Below, piece by piece: positions 9,358-20,000 of a DNA stretch of 64,000 nucleotides (position 1 is the first letter of the stretch; the number at the start of each line of letters is the position of its first letter). The notes beneath the pieces were generated by a model, which ran no database searches, was not told the DNA's origin, and saw nothing but the letters and a program-made list of their open reading frames with translations. This DNA comes from an uncultured Gemmatimonadota bacterium. Its GTDB lineage: Bacteria > GCA-2686955. A program made the position numbers and the translations under genes. The DNA is taken from positions 1 to 64,000 of the forward strand of contig CAZBBK010000006.1 in assembly GCA_964490075.1 (NCBI GenBank), read 5' to 3'.

Positions 9358-10608
9358 TCAGGCGGCCGCGGCGACCACGCGCAGCACGCGCTCCAGGTTG
9401 GCGATGTGGGGCGTGCTCTCGTAAAGCTCGAGCACGCGCGCGCGCGCCCGAGCGCCCAGCGTCCGCGCCTGTTCGGGATCGCGCAGCAAGCGCAGAATCG
9501 CCTCCCCGAGGCCGCGCTGGTCCCCCATCGGCACCACGAAGCCGGTTCGACCGTCGATCAACCACTCGGTGATCGCACCAGCATCGAAGCCGACCACCGG
9601 CACGCCATGGGCCTGCGCCTCGATGCCGGCCGCGCAGAAGGCCTCCGGCACCAGGGAGGGAACGATCAACACCGCGACGCGCCGGTAGAACTCGCGCATC
9701 CGATCGGAATCGAGTTGCCCGAGAAGGCGAATCCGCTCCTCCTGACCGACCCGCGCGACCGTTTGGCGGGCCGCGGCCAGGCCCGGTCCTCCGCCGATCA
9801 GCTCCACTTCGAAGGGCGGATCGGAGGGCATCTGCAGCACCTCCGCCAGGAGCAGCTCTAGCCCTTTCACACCGTCCCAGCGACCGACCGCGCCGATGAT
9901 CGGTGTCCCCCTCACGCTTCCCTTGGCGGGCTGCAGCTCACTGCCCGGCCAGCGCAGACATTGGCCGACCACGTGGATTCGCTCGGGCCGCAATCCGTTG
10001 CGCACCAGCTCGTTCTTCATGTACTCGCTGTAGGAGAGCACGGCGGGCAGGGATCGCAAGAGGCGCAGCTCGCCGAGCCTCAGCCAGGTCTCGCGGGCCT
10101 GCTCCGTGAGCGGACCGACATCGACATCGCCACGGCGATCGGCGATCAGACACCCCGCGCTCAGGCAGCGCCAGCCGGCCCGATACGAGCACTGGCGGGG
10201 CAGTCCACCGCGCGCCGCCCCAGGCAAGATCTTGGAGCGCAGGCGCGGGCAGAAGGCCCGGGCATCGTGCACGAACTTGGCCACCGGGAGCTCGCGCGCC
10301 AGCGCCCGAATCACCATCGGGGTGATGAACTCGATGCTGTTGTGCAGCAGCGCGATCTCGGGGCGGAAGCCGCGCAGCGCAGGTTCGATCGCGGCGATCA
10401 TCGCCTTGCTGGTTCTGAAGCCGCGGGCGCGGCCGACCCCCCAGCAGCGCTCGCCGCGTAGCGGCGCCGGCATGAGCCGCTCATCCGGCACCACCCAAGC
10501 CACCGAATGGCCTCCCTGCTCGAGAAGCTCCGCCGTTCGATAGGCGTAGGTCTCCGCGCCTCCCACGTGCCGGCTGTCGAGGCTCAGAATCTGCAGAATG
10601 CGCATCAT
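9358..10608 (-). CDS. Glycosyltransferase family 4 (GT-B)
   Basis: MRILQI...GGAE N-terminus; PSLVPEAF...EAQAHGVPVV (EX7E) motif. Confidence 0.88.
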   Translation of the reverse strand: MMRILQILSLDSRHVGGAETYAYRTAELLEQGGHSVAWVVPDERLMPAPLRGERCWGVGRARGFRTSKAMIAAIEPALRGFRPEIALLHNSIEFITPMVIRALARELPVAKFVHDARAFCPRLRSKILPGAARGGLPRQCSYRAGWRCLSAGCLIADRRGDVDVGPLTEQARETWLRLGELRLLRSLPAVLSYSEYMKNELVRNGLRPERIHVVGQCLRWPGSELQPAKGSVRGTPIIGAVGRWDGVKGLELLLAEVLQMPSDPPFEVELIGGGPGLAAARQTVARVGQEERIRLLGQLDSDRMREFYRRVAVLIVPSLVPEAFCAAGIEAQAHGVPVVGFDAGAITEWLIDGRTGFVVPMGDQRGLGEAILRLLRDPEQARTLGARARARVLELYESTPHIANLERVLRVVAAAA

Positions 10609-10616
10609 CGACTTTC

Positions 10617-11882
10617 GTGACTCACCGCGGGTTATGGTTGAAGCTCGCGTCCGCCGTCGCAGGGCGAAGGCGCAGCTCGTTCAGGCGTTTCTTCCGGCAC
10701 CGCCGATCGGGAGGCGGGATTTTGAACTCGTACCGTTTCTACCAGCTCAACTTCGAGGCGACTCGACGCTGCAATCTCGCCTGCCCGAGCTGCATGGTTG
10801 GATGCAACGATGTCGAGCTGGTGCGCGACAAGGCGAAGGATGAGCTCTCGTTCGACGAGATCATCGAGCGGGTCTTCCTGCCCGCCCGCGAGTTGAACAT
10901 CATCCAGATCGGATTCAGCGGCGGGGAGTTCTTGCTGCGCGAGGATGCCGTCGAGCTAGTCGAAGCGGCTGCCAATCAAGGCTTTCGCGTCGGCATTCTA
11001 ACCAACGGTTCGCTGATCGACAGCAATCGTCTCGAGAACCTCAAGAAGGCGGCCGGTGGGCGACTGGTCATGACCTTCGGGATCAACTCGATCGTCGACC
11101 CGGTGCTGCAACGGATGAGCAGAGACGCCGAGCTAGAGGTCACGTTGCGAGCGATGGAGCTCTGCAAGGAGCACGGGATCGGGCGCCACGTGGTGGTAAC
11201 GGTCGGCAGCTTCAACGCCGGCGACCTCGACACCACGCTCGAATGGCTCACCAAGAACCGGCTCACCTTCAATCGGGCGCCCTTCACCCGTCGCAACTCC
11301 GGAGCCGAGCGCTTTGCAGAGCTGGGCTACTCCCGCGACGACATCGAGCATCGGATCCACCCCGCGCTGCGCCGCAGACTCAACGGCTACACCAGCCAGA
11401 CCCCCTTCTTCCTCTCGCCGGAGCTCCACCGCCGGGCTTCGGGAGGTGGCCAGATGAACGGCACCGTGCCCCAGAATCCGCCGGTCGGCTGCTGGTGCGG
11501 CAATTGGATCTCGGTCAGCGCCGAAGGCGATGTGGCGCCCTGTGTGATCTTGCAGGACGAGCTGGTGGCCGGCAACGTCCGGAAGCAGAGCTTGCCAGAG
11601 ATCGTGAAAGGGAGTCCGATCTTCGTCGATCTGCTCGACCGACATCGGCTGAAGGGGCGCTGCGGGCGCTGTCGCTACAAGGCAACCTGCGGCGGCTGCC
11701 GCGCCCTGGCCTACTTCGACAGCGGCGACTACCTCGCGGAGGATCCAACCTGCTTCTTCGAGCCGCACGACGAGCGCACGGCGTCGCCCCACGAGCAAGA
11801 GACGAATCGCGTCTTTCGCCACTATCTGCGACTGGCCGCCCACGCCGGAATGTACCAGCGCCCGATGCGGGGCAACGCCTGA
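10617..11882 (+). CDS. Radical SAM protein with SPASM domain
   Basis: CNLACPSC, SGGE, and SPASM cysteines CWCG...GDVAPC...CGRCRYKATCGGCRA...DPTC; start uncertain. Confidence 0.88.
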   Translation: MTHRGLWLKLASAVAGRRRSSFRRFFRHRRSGGGILNSYRFYQLNFEATRRCNLACPSCMVGCNDVELVRDKAKDELSFDEIIERVFLPARELNIIQIGFSGGEFLLREDAVELVEAAANQGFRVGILTNGSLIDSNRLENLKKAAGGRLVMTFGINSIVDPVLQRMSRDAELEVTLRAMELCKEHGIGRHVVVTVGSFNAGDLDTTLEWLTKNRLTFNRAPFTRRNSGAERFAELGYSRDDIEHRIHPALRRRLNGYTSQTPFFLSPELHRRASGGGQMNGTVPQNPPVGCWCGNWISVSAEGDVAPCVILQDELVAGNVRKQSLPEIVKGSPIFVDLLDRHRLKGRCGRCRYKATCGGCRALAYFDSGDYLAEDPTCFFEPHDERTASPHEQETNRVFRHYLRLAAHAGMYQRPMRGNA

Positions 11883-11891
11883 GACCTCCGC

Positions 11892-12911
11892 ATGGCGCGC
11901 TACTCTGCCGGCATTCCCACCGACTACCTGTCCCGCAGACGCGACGCGGTGCGCTGGCTGCGCCACGGTTGGTTGCGCAGCGCCGGGCGCCGCGCCCTGG
12001 TGGTCGGCCCGCTGCGGCGCATCGCCGGTGCGCTGCCCTGGCATCGCCTGGTTACTTTCCCGCCGGTGCTGAGCATCGAGCTCACCAACGCGTGCAATCT
12101 GCGCTGCGTCATGTGCCAGCGCTTCCACGCCACGACCCGATCGGTCGGCTCGATGGACTTCGAGGTGTTTCGGCGGATCGTCGACGAGCTGGTCGGTTCT
12201 CCGAGCGCCGAAGTCCTGCTCACCGGGTTCGGGGAGCCGATGGTCCACAAGGAATTTGATCGCTTCCTGCACCACGCCGTCGAACGCGGCCTGACCCAGC
12301 TCTTCATCATCTCCAACGCCACGCTGCTCGACGCCGAAAAGACCGATTCGATTCTCTCCGCCGGGATTCGCTCGATCCACTTCTCGATCGACGGCAACAG
12401 TGCGCCAACCTACGAGTCGATTCGCCTGGGGGCACGCTTCGACGAGACCCTGGCCAATATCACCCACTTCCTGGCGGAGCGGGAGCGGCGCGGCCTGACG
12501 CGCCCTTCGGTGGTGCTGCGCAGCATCGAGATGCCACAGACGCTGCCCGAGCTCGACGGCTTCAGGCGGCGCTGGCAGGGGCTGCTGCGACCGAGCGACG
12601 AGATCCAGGTGCAGCCGCTGAGCCCCGCGGGCGACGCGAAGCCCACACCGGAAGCGGAGGGCAATGGGACGGTGCGCGGTCCTTCCATGCCGTGTACGAC
12701 GCTGTGGAAGAAGCTCGGGGTCAACTGGAACGGGGAGCTCTCGTTCTGCTGCGCGCCGGGGCTCCGAAGCGACCTGCACCTGGGCCTGCGCTTCCCGGAG
12801 GTCTCGATCGCCGGCGCCTGGTCCCATCAGAAGGTGAACCAGATTCGGCGTCTGCACATCACCGGGCGCAAGCATCTCGCCTCGGCTTGCGAGGGCTGCG
12901 CGCGCGGGTGA
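11892..12911 (+). CDS. Radical SAM protein with SPASM/twitch domain
   Basis: ELTNACNLRCVMC, GFGEP, PCTTLW...FCC...CEGC. Confidence 0.85.
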   Translation: MARYSAGIPTDYLSRRRDAVRWLRHGWLRSAGRRALVVGPLRRIAGALPWHRLVTFPPVLSIELTNACNLRCVMCQRFHATTRSVGSMDFEVFRRIVDELVGSPSAEVLLTGFGEPMVHKEFDRFLHHAVERGLTQLFIISNATLLDAEKTDSILSAGIRSIHFSIDGNSAPTYESIRLGARFDETLANITHFLAERERRGLTRPSVVLRSIEMPQTLPELDGFRRRWQGLLRPSDEIQVQPLSPAGDAKPTPEAEGNGTVRGPSMPCTTLWKKLGVNWNGELSFCCAPGLRSDLHLGLRFPEVSIAGAWSHQKVNQIRRLHITGRKHLASACEGCARG

Positions 12912-14897
12912 TCAGGGCAGCAGAGAGGCGGACTCGATCTCGACCTCGAACTCGCCGTGGCATTGGACGACGAGGCGAGCCTCGGAGATGCGATCACGCA
13001 GATTCCAGTGCAGGGAGTTGACCAGCGCCAGATCGACCGTCTCGACCTGCCCGGGGCGCAGTGCAGCCCGGTCGAGATCGAGGTGGCGGTCGATCGGGCC
13101 ATCGAACCAGCGCAGGGTCACCGCGATGGGATCTAGCCCTTGCTCCGGCGGAGCATCGGGGCGGGGCCACGAGCGCAGGCGCAGCCGCAGGATCCGATAG
13201 GCCCAGGGATGATCCAGCTCGGTCGCCGCGGTCCAGCAATGGCGGCAGTCGGGGATCGGCTCCGGGCACAGCTCCATCGGCTCGACGGCCACCGAATCGC
13301 GGGCCGCGATCCGCATCCCGAGCTCATCGTGGAGCGCGACCCAGCGCTCGTCCCTCAGGTCGAAGATCAGGATGGAATCGCCCAGGGCGGAAGCCGGGAT
13401 GGGCCGGAGCGTCCGGGCGCTGTCGAAACGCGTCTCCGCGCCGACGCTGAACATCGGCGCGATGCTCATCCGCGCACGCTCCACCACCGCGGCCGACTTG
13501 CGCCGCCCGCTCGGCTCCAGCATGAAGATGCGCGCCCCCGCCATCTCGAGACCGTGCGCCGCGAGCAGCTCCTGCGCGGCTTGCTCCGCGATCCGCCCCA
13601 TCCGCACGTAGCGCTCGGCCCAGCCCCGAGCGCCAGCCGCGTAGCAAGAGAAGAGCAGCGCCACCGCCGCAGCCGATCCCACGCGCATGCGGCGCGCCGC
13701 CGCCCCGGATCGACCGGCCGGCGCGGACCAGAGGGCATCGAGCAGCGTGGCGATGAAAAGGCACGAGAGCACCGCGGGCAGGTAGTAGCTCCAGGTCTCG
13801 TAGACCTCCAGGGGAAGGGTGTCGGGATCGGTGAGGATGTGGGAGACCGGCACCTGGCTCGCGGGCAGAGCCAGCGCCGCGCCACAGAGGACGCGCAGCC
13901 TGGTGGCGGCCGCGGGCGATCCGCGCCATGGAACGCGGGTCGCCAGCACGACGAGCACGACGATGCCGCCCGCCGCGAGCGCCAGCACCCGGGCGTTGGA
14001 CAGCCCCGGGACTCCCTCCGGCGGATATCCCGGCGCCACCGGAACGAGCTGGGATCCGAGCAGCCAGGGCAGACGCTCCAGGTAGGCATGAGCGAGCTTG
14101 CCGAGCTCGGCGATCCCCTCCGCCGGTTTGAACATATCGCTGCGATTGCTCATCGGCGGATTGAACAGCCCCCCGAAGATCCGGAAACGCCACCAGATGC
14201 TGAACCCCAGCGCCAACCACGGTCCGCTGAGGGCGAGAAGGACTCGCTTGTGCAGGCCGAAGCGCACCCAGAGCAGGACCGTCGCCACCGCCGGAAGGGC
14301 CAGGGCCGTCTCTTTGCTGAACAGGGCCAGCAGAGTGAGGATCCAGGCGGCGCCGAGTCGGCCGAAGCGCAGCCGCTCCCCAGCCAGCGCGGAGATCAGA
14401 GCCCAGAGGGCGGCAATGTAGAAACAGGCGGCGACCGACTCCTCGCGCATCGTGATCCAGGTTGCGACGATCCCGGCGACGGGGTAGACGAGGAAGAGCG
14501 ACCCCGCGGCCACGCCCGCCCCCGTACTCAACCCCGCGGCGACGGCCAGACGGATGAGCAGCAGCGCGGCGAGAACGTGAAAGGCGAGGGTGCTGGCGTG
14601 CCAGCCGCGCACATCTTCCCCATAGAGGTAGTAGTCGACCGAGTCCCAGAGCAGCGGCATCGCCCGTACGTAGCCGGTACTCGTACGGGGCAGGCGGAAG
14701 ACCTCCCGCTCGATCACCTCGCGAGAGAAGCCCTGCTCGCGCACCTCCTTGGCGCCCGCCATGTGCGCCAGGTCGTCGTGGTAGAGATCGCCGCTCAGGC
14801 CGCGTCCGTACATCAGGAGCGCCGCTCCCCCGAAGAGCAGGATCACCAGGGCACCGAGCAGAGCGCGACCGAGCAGAGAAGGGCGTTGGCTCGACAT
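12912..14897 (-). CDS. Multi-TM GT-C-like (ArnT/PMT/TMTC-type) membrane protein
   Basis: TM1 followed by YHDD, YVR, and GWHASTLAFH motifs; about 11-12 hydrophobic segments; soluble C-terminus. Confidence 0.65.
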   Translation of the reverse strand: MSSQRPSLLGRALLGALVILLFGGAALLMYGRGLSGDLYHDDLAHMAGAKEVREQGFSREVIEREVFRLPRTSTGYVRAMPLLWDSVDYYLYGEDVRGWHASTLAFHVLAALLLIRLAVAAGLSTGAGVAAGSLFLVYPVAGIVATWITMREESVAACFYIAALWALISALAGERLRFGRLGAAWILTLLALFSKETALALPAVATVLLWVRFGLHKRVLLALSGPWLALGFSIWWRFRIFGGLFNPPMSNRSDMFKPAEGIAELGKLAHAYLERLPWLLGSQLVPVAPGYPPEGVPGLSNARVLALAAGGIVVLVVLATRVPWRGSPAAATRLRVLCGAALALPASQVPVSHILTDPDTLPLEVYETWSYYLPAVLSCLFIATLLDALWSAPAGRSGAAARRMRVGSAAAVALLFSCYAAGARGWAERYVRMGRIAEQAAQELLAAHGLEMAGARIFMLEPSGRRKSAAVVERARMSIAPMFSVGAETRFDSARTLRPIPASALGDSILIFDLRDERWVALHDELGMRIAARDSVAVEPMELCPEPIPDCRHCWTAATELDHPWAYRILRLRLRSWPRPDAPPEQGLDPIAVTLRWFDGPIDRHLDLDRAALRPGQVETVDLALVNSLHWNLRDRISEARLVVQCHGEFEVEIESASLLP

Positions 14898-15053
14898 GAT
14901 CAGGGTGCAATGTCGCATGGGCGGAAGAGCAGACGCAATGGTGGGTAAGAACCGACCCGCGGCCGTGGACTTTTTGACCCTCGTCCCGGTCGCGGAGGCC
15001 CATCGATCGTCGCAAGTGCTTGCCTGGCAAGGGCCGAAATGAGTGAGCGATCG

Positions 15054-15069
15054 CGGCACGGCTGCTGCA
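15054..15069 (+). promoter_or_regulatory. Sigma54-type promoter motif upstream of the lamin-tail gene
   Basis: CGGCACGGCTGCTGCA (GG-N10-GC), 12 nt before the ATG at 15082. Confidence 0.4.
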
Positions 15070-15081
15070 AGGCAGGACCGC

Positions 15082-15951
15082 ATGCGCACCGAGACCGCCG
15101 CCGCCCTGCTCTTCCTCTGCGCCGTTTCCACGGCCGCCCCGGCCGGCCTGGTGATCAGCGAGATCCTGGCCGGCCCGATCGAGGAGCCGGGCTCACCGGG
15201 AGCGCGCGAGTGGGTGGAGCTCTGGAACCGGGGTCCGGGAGCGATCGATCTCGAGGGCTGGAGCCTGAACGACGGCAAGGAGGATGATCTCCTGGTGGCG
15301 CTGGAGCCGGGCGGCGCGACGCTCTTGGCGCCGAGATGCTTCGCCCTGATCCTCGATCCCGACCGCCCGCCCCTCGATGCCCCGTGGCCGCGCGGCACGC
15401 TGCTGATGACGGTCGACGACCGATCGATCGGCAACGGTCTCTCGCCCTCCGATCGGCTGCGAATCGCCCCGCCCTTCGGCCGCGGGGCGGCCTGCTACTT
15501 TGCGGCCACCGAGCGCGCGCCGCCCGATCCCGGGCGCGGGCTCTCGATCGAGCGCGTCGATCTCGGTCGCGGCGGCTGCGAGGGCGACGAGGGTTGGCGA
15601 CCGAGCCGCCTGGTCGGCGGCACCCCTGGAGCCCTGAATTCCGCCGGACTCGAGATGGCGCGCGCGGATCTGGCGGGCGCACGGCGCTGGCTGTGGCGCT
15701 CGGGGGAGCTGGGACTCGATCTGAGCGCGTGGAGCGCGTCATGGATGGCCGGCGAGCGGTCGATCGCGCTGGGAGGCGGGGAGGGGAGGGCGCAGCTCCG
15801 AGCCGCCACCGCGGCGGACGGTTCGGCGACCCTCGCGCTGCGGCTGGGGCCCGACCCCGAAGGGCGGGTGCTGCACCTCTTCGTCGATCTGGGTCCGGGA
15901 TCGCTGCTGCCCGGGCGTTTCGGTGACGCGCCTATGGGTCCGGCTCGCTGA
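15082..15951 (+). CDS. Secreted lamin-tail domain (LTD) protein
   Basis: Signal peptide; LVISEIL...EWVELWN...IDLEGWSL...GTPGALNS, the same pattern as the LTD repeats in 17071-21585. Confidence 0.75.
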   Translation: MRTETAAALLFLCAVSTAAPAGLVISEILAGPIEEPGSPGAREWVELWNRGPGAIDLEGWSLNDGKEDDLLVALEPGGATLLAPRCFALILDPDRPPLDAPWPRGTLLMTVDDRSIGNGLSPSDRLRIAPPFGRGAACYFAATERAPPDPGRGLSIERVDLGRGGCEGDEGWRPSRLVGGTPGALNSAGLEMARADLAGARRWLWRSGELGLDLSAWSASWMAGERSIALGGGEGRAQLRAATAADGSATLALRLGPDPEGRVLHLFVDLGPGSLLPGRFGDAPMGPAR

Positions 15952-17074
15952 CGAAGGCGTGAGGCCGGATCTTCTCGAGCGTGGCGGGTCCGATTCCCTT
16001 TACCTCCGTCAGCTCATCCACCGAGCCGAAGAGGCCGTGCTGGGCGCGATGCTCCAGAATCCGCTGCGCCGTCACCGGCCCCACGCCAGGCAGGCGGTCG
16101 AGCTCCTCGGCGCCGGCGGTGTTGAGGTCGATCGGCTGGTCGGGAACGCTGGAGCCGCGGCTGGAAGCGGCCCGGAAGCGGGCCGGTGGACCGCCGAGCA
16201 CTGAGCCGTAGCGCAGCACCAGCCCCAGGCGCTGGGTGCCGCCCAGGCTCGGATGATCCACGAAGGCGTAGTCGAGCCGCACCCGATCGACGCGGGCCCC
16301 GAATCCGAGCGAGTAGGTCATCGGCATGCGCGAGTAGCCCGATTCGGGATCACCGACCGTGGCGGCGATTCCCGCCCGCAGCGCCAGCATCTCGTGAACC
16401 CGCAGCTCCTGCCCCACATGGAGCCGCGCCGGAAAGCCCTCTTCGAAGGCCAGGTCGGCGGCCAGCAAGATGCCACGCTCCACGTCGAACGCGATGCCGA
16501 GGCGCCCGGCACGCCCTGGCTCGATCCCGATCGCCCCGATGCTCGGTCCGTTGGCATGGCGCAACGTGGCGCCGAGGCGGATCCGGTCGGTGGTGCGGTA
16601 GAGCAGCCCGAGATCGATGCTCGGACCCCAGTCGGCGCCATAGGTCGGCCGGATATCGAGCCCCAGCAACGCCACCGACGCACCGACCAGGAATCGATCG
16701 TGCAGCTCGCGGGCGAAGGCCAGGCGCAGGCTCTTCTCGACGTAGTAGTCGGACCGGCCCAGAGTCGTAACGCCGACGCCGAAGGAGCCGAGCAGCGTCG
16801 GCTGGACCACCGCACACGCCATCTGGTCCAGGTTGCGCAGACCGAAGGGGCGCGCCACCTCCGCCACGACCTCGCCGCCGCTCAACAGACGCATCCCGGC
16901 CGGGTTCCAGAACAGGGCCGCGGAATCGTCGGCCAGCGCCGCGTGGGCTCCGCCGAGGGCCAGGGGACGGGCGCCGCGCTCGAGATCCTCGAAGGCGGCC
17001 CGGGCCGGGTCGGCCGCCAGCGCGAGCAGCAGAGCGAGCACGAGAGACGCGCGGGGGCAGGTTCGAGTCTTCAC
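15932..17074 (-). CDS. PorV/PorP-like outer-membrane barrel fused to a C-terminal ComEA-type helix-hairpin-helix domain
   Basis: Signal peptide; GARPLALGGA...ALFWNPAG barrel N-motif; C-terminal IDLNTAGAEELDRLPGVGPVTAQRI...VKGIGPATLEKI; GTG overlaps the upstream stop. Confidence 0.82.
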   Translation of the reverse strand: MKTRTCPRASLVLALLLALAADPARAAFEDLERGARPLALGGAHAALADDSAALFWNPAGMRLLSGGEVVAEVARPFGLRNLDQMACAVVQPTLLGSFGVGVTTLGRSDYYVEKSLRLAFARELHDRFLVGASVALLGLDIRPTYGADWGPSIDLGLLYRTTDRIRLGATLRHANGPSIGAIGIEPGRAGRLGIAFDVERGILLAADLAFEEGFPARLHVGQELRVHEMLALRAGIAATVGDPESGYSRMPMTYSLGFGARVDRVRLDYAFVDHPSLGGTQRLGLVLRYGSVLGGPPARFRAASSRGSSVPDQPIDLNTAGAEELDRLPGVGPVTAQRILEHRAQHGLFGSVDELTEVKGIGPATLEKIRPHAFVSEPDP

Positions 17075-20000
17075 CGCAGCGGCCTCGCAATCACCACGCT
17101 GCGCTTGGCGCGCAGCAGACGCTCCCCCTGCGCCTCGGCGAGCAGGATGTAGATGCCGACCTCCAGGCTGCGGCCGGCGTCGTCGGTGCCGTCCCAGACC
17201 AGCACACCGTTGGCGCTGCCGACCTCGTCGACCAGGGTGCGCACGGGGCGTCCGAGCGAGTCGAAGACCCGCAGAGTGAACACCGACTTCGAAGGCAGCC
17301 GGTAACGGATCGCCGCCACGTCCTGGAAGCCGTTGCCGTCGGGCGAGAAAGGGTCGGGCTCCACGTCGAGGGAGATTCCGGCCGAGAATCCGCCGGCCAG
17401 ACTGTTGGGCGCTCCGGGAGTCGACCCGGAGGGATCGACCGAGAGCCACCAGTTGGCGTCGCTGGCGGCGGTGGCGCCGGGATCGATCCGCTCCCACGAG
17501 CTGCCGGCCTCGAAATCCCTGCGGCCCCGCCACGCATCGTCGTAGGGGATCCGATCGACGACGAAGCCCTGCGGCTCGGCGAGCGCGATCACGTCGTCGG
17601 TGTTGTTCAGGGTCTCCCATCCGGTCGGCTCGAGGACCGGCACGTCGACCAGCGGAAAGGCGGCGCGCATCTTGTCGAGATCCTGGGTCAGCACCACGAA
17701 GGAGCCGGGCGCCATACGCAGCCGCTCCTGGTCCCCGAGCAAGGCGGCGCGGTCGGCGTCGTCGCCCAGCGTCCATCCTTCGAGATCGATGTCACGATCC
17801 GATGCGTTGAGGAGCTCGATCCACTCCGGCTGACCCAGCTCCTCGTCGGGCCGATTCATGAACTCGTTCACCACCAGCGCCACATCGACATCGCCAACCG
17901 CCAGATCGAGTCGGGCGCGGTCGTTGGTGGGACGGTCGTCGGCCGAGAGCCGCGCCACCACCCGGTGCCGGCCCTGCTCGAGCCCGCCTTCGAAAACGAT
18001 CTCGACCGAATCACCGGGATCGAGCGCCGCGATCTCCACCGGCCCACCCGCCAGCTCGGAGGGGTCGAGGATGTCGTCCAGGTCGGCGTCGACATAGAGC
18101 TCGATGCCGGCACCGCTCACCGAGGTGGTGCCGGCCACCGCCACCACCACCGTGAGCCCCAGATCCTCGAGCGGCCCGGCGGCCGGGTTGGCCGCGTAGA
18201 GGCGCTGGCACGACAGGTCGCTCGCCACCGGAGTCACCGAGTTGACCGATCCCGGCGTGAAGGTCGCGAGTGAACGTCTCCAGCCCGCCACCAGATCGGT
18301 GGCGCCCGGAAGGACGCGCTCCAGCGAGCGACCCTCCCCGGGGTCGAAGGGGAAACCGACGATCGAGGCGTCGCGCTCGAAGGGATCGTCCGAGTCGACC
18401 GGCGCGCCGAAGGTCGAAGCGACATCGGCCCGGCCGGTGCCGTCGGGGAAGAAGAGGGTGAGCGGCTCGGTGGTCGACAAGCCGGAGGTGGCGAGATCGC
18501 CGTCGCTCACGCCGACCACCAGCGTGCCGGGCGGCGGGTCGAGGGGCTGCGCGGCGTCGCGTGCCACGTAGTCCTGGTCGAGCACCAGGGCGTAGCCGCC
18601 CGGCGGCACGACCGTGGTGCCGGCGAGCGCGTCGGGATCGGCGAGATCGTCGTGGGTCCAGGCGCGCAGCGTGTCGACGCCGTCGCCGTCGCTCAGCATC
18701 CACCCGTCCAGGTCGATCGAGTCGCCCGAGGCGTTGTAGAGCTCGACCCATTCGTCGGATTCGCCCCCCGGAATCTCCGACTCCAGCCCCTCGGGATTGC
18801 TGACCACTTCGTTGATCACCACCACCAGCCCGAAGCGCCGCTCGACCACGTCGTTGTCGGGATTGAGATCGCCCGCGGCGCTCAGGGTGGCGCGCACCTC
18901 GGGAGCGCCCCCCGGATAGTCGCTCCAGTCGATCTCGACCGTCTCGACGGCGCCGGGCTCGATCACCGCGCTGGAGGCGGCGCCGATCGGCAGCAGCGAA
19001 TCGCCCAGCGAGTGCTCCAGAGTCACGCCGACCGGCCCCACGTTCTGGAGCCCTTCGTTGTGGACCGTGACGGCGATCCCGACCAGGTCGCCGGGCTGGG
19101 GGTCGGCGCTCAGCATGGCCACGTCACCGGCGCTGATCCCGGCGTCGACATCGAAAGGAGTGGCTGCGTTCTGCTTCCCCGGCGTGCCGCCGCTCGGCGA
19201 GACCGCCCAGTTGCTCTCGGCGTCGGGAAGTCGCGGATCGATCCGCTCCAGCGAACGGCCGTCGCCTGGATCGAAGGGGATTCCGTCCAGGTCGTCGTCG
19301 TCGCGCTCCAGCGGATCGTCGGCGTCGAGCGGGGTGCCGAAGGTGTCCAGGACATAGTCCCGGCTCTGGCCGCCCGCGTCATAGAGGGTCAGGGGATCGG
19401 TGGTGGCGAGCCCGTTGCCGAGCTTGGTGTCGCCGCTGGTGAGGATCAGCGCACCGGCCGCCAGGGCGTAGGGTTGCGGGCCGCCACGCTGCGGCGCCGC
19501 GTAGTCGGCGTCGAGGACGACCGCGAAGCCGCCAGCGGGCAGCAGCGTGGTGCCGGTGACGAGATCGGGCCCCTCCAGCTCACCGTGCTGCGCATCGTCC
19601 CAGGGCACCAAATCGTCCACCGCGTCGCCGTCCGATAGCGACCAGCCGGCGAGGTCGATCGCGTCGTCCCCCAGATTCTGGAGCTCGATGTACTCGTCGG
19701 CCACTCCGCCGGGGATTTCGGTCTCGCCTCCGGCCGGGTTGGACATCACTTCGGAGATGACCACCTCTTGCAGGCGCACCAGCACGCTGCGCTCAGCGGA
19801 GTCGTTGTCGGGATTCTGGTCGCCGGCGGTCGTCGCGGTGACGGAGAAGGTGTGGGAACCCTCGCTGATCGCCACGGCGGTCGCCGTCACCACGACCGAG
19901 TCGCCCGCGGCCAGATCGTTCAGCACCGATGAGTCGAAAGGCGCTGCGCCGTCGAGCGCGAAGTCGACATCGACGGTGGCGAGTGCCTCGATCCCCGCGT

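Noticed and set aside
10617-12911. RiPP cluster around the two radical SAM/SPASM genes
   Set aside because: No precursor peptide, RRE/PqqD domain, peptidase or exporter nearby; the context is glycosyltransferases.
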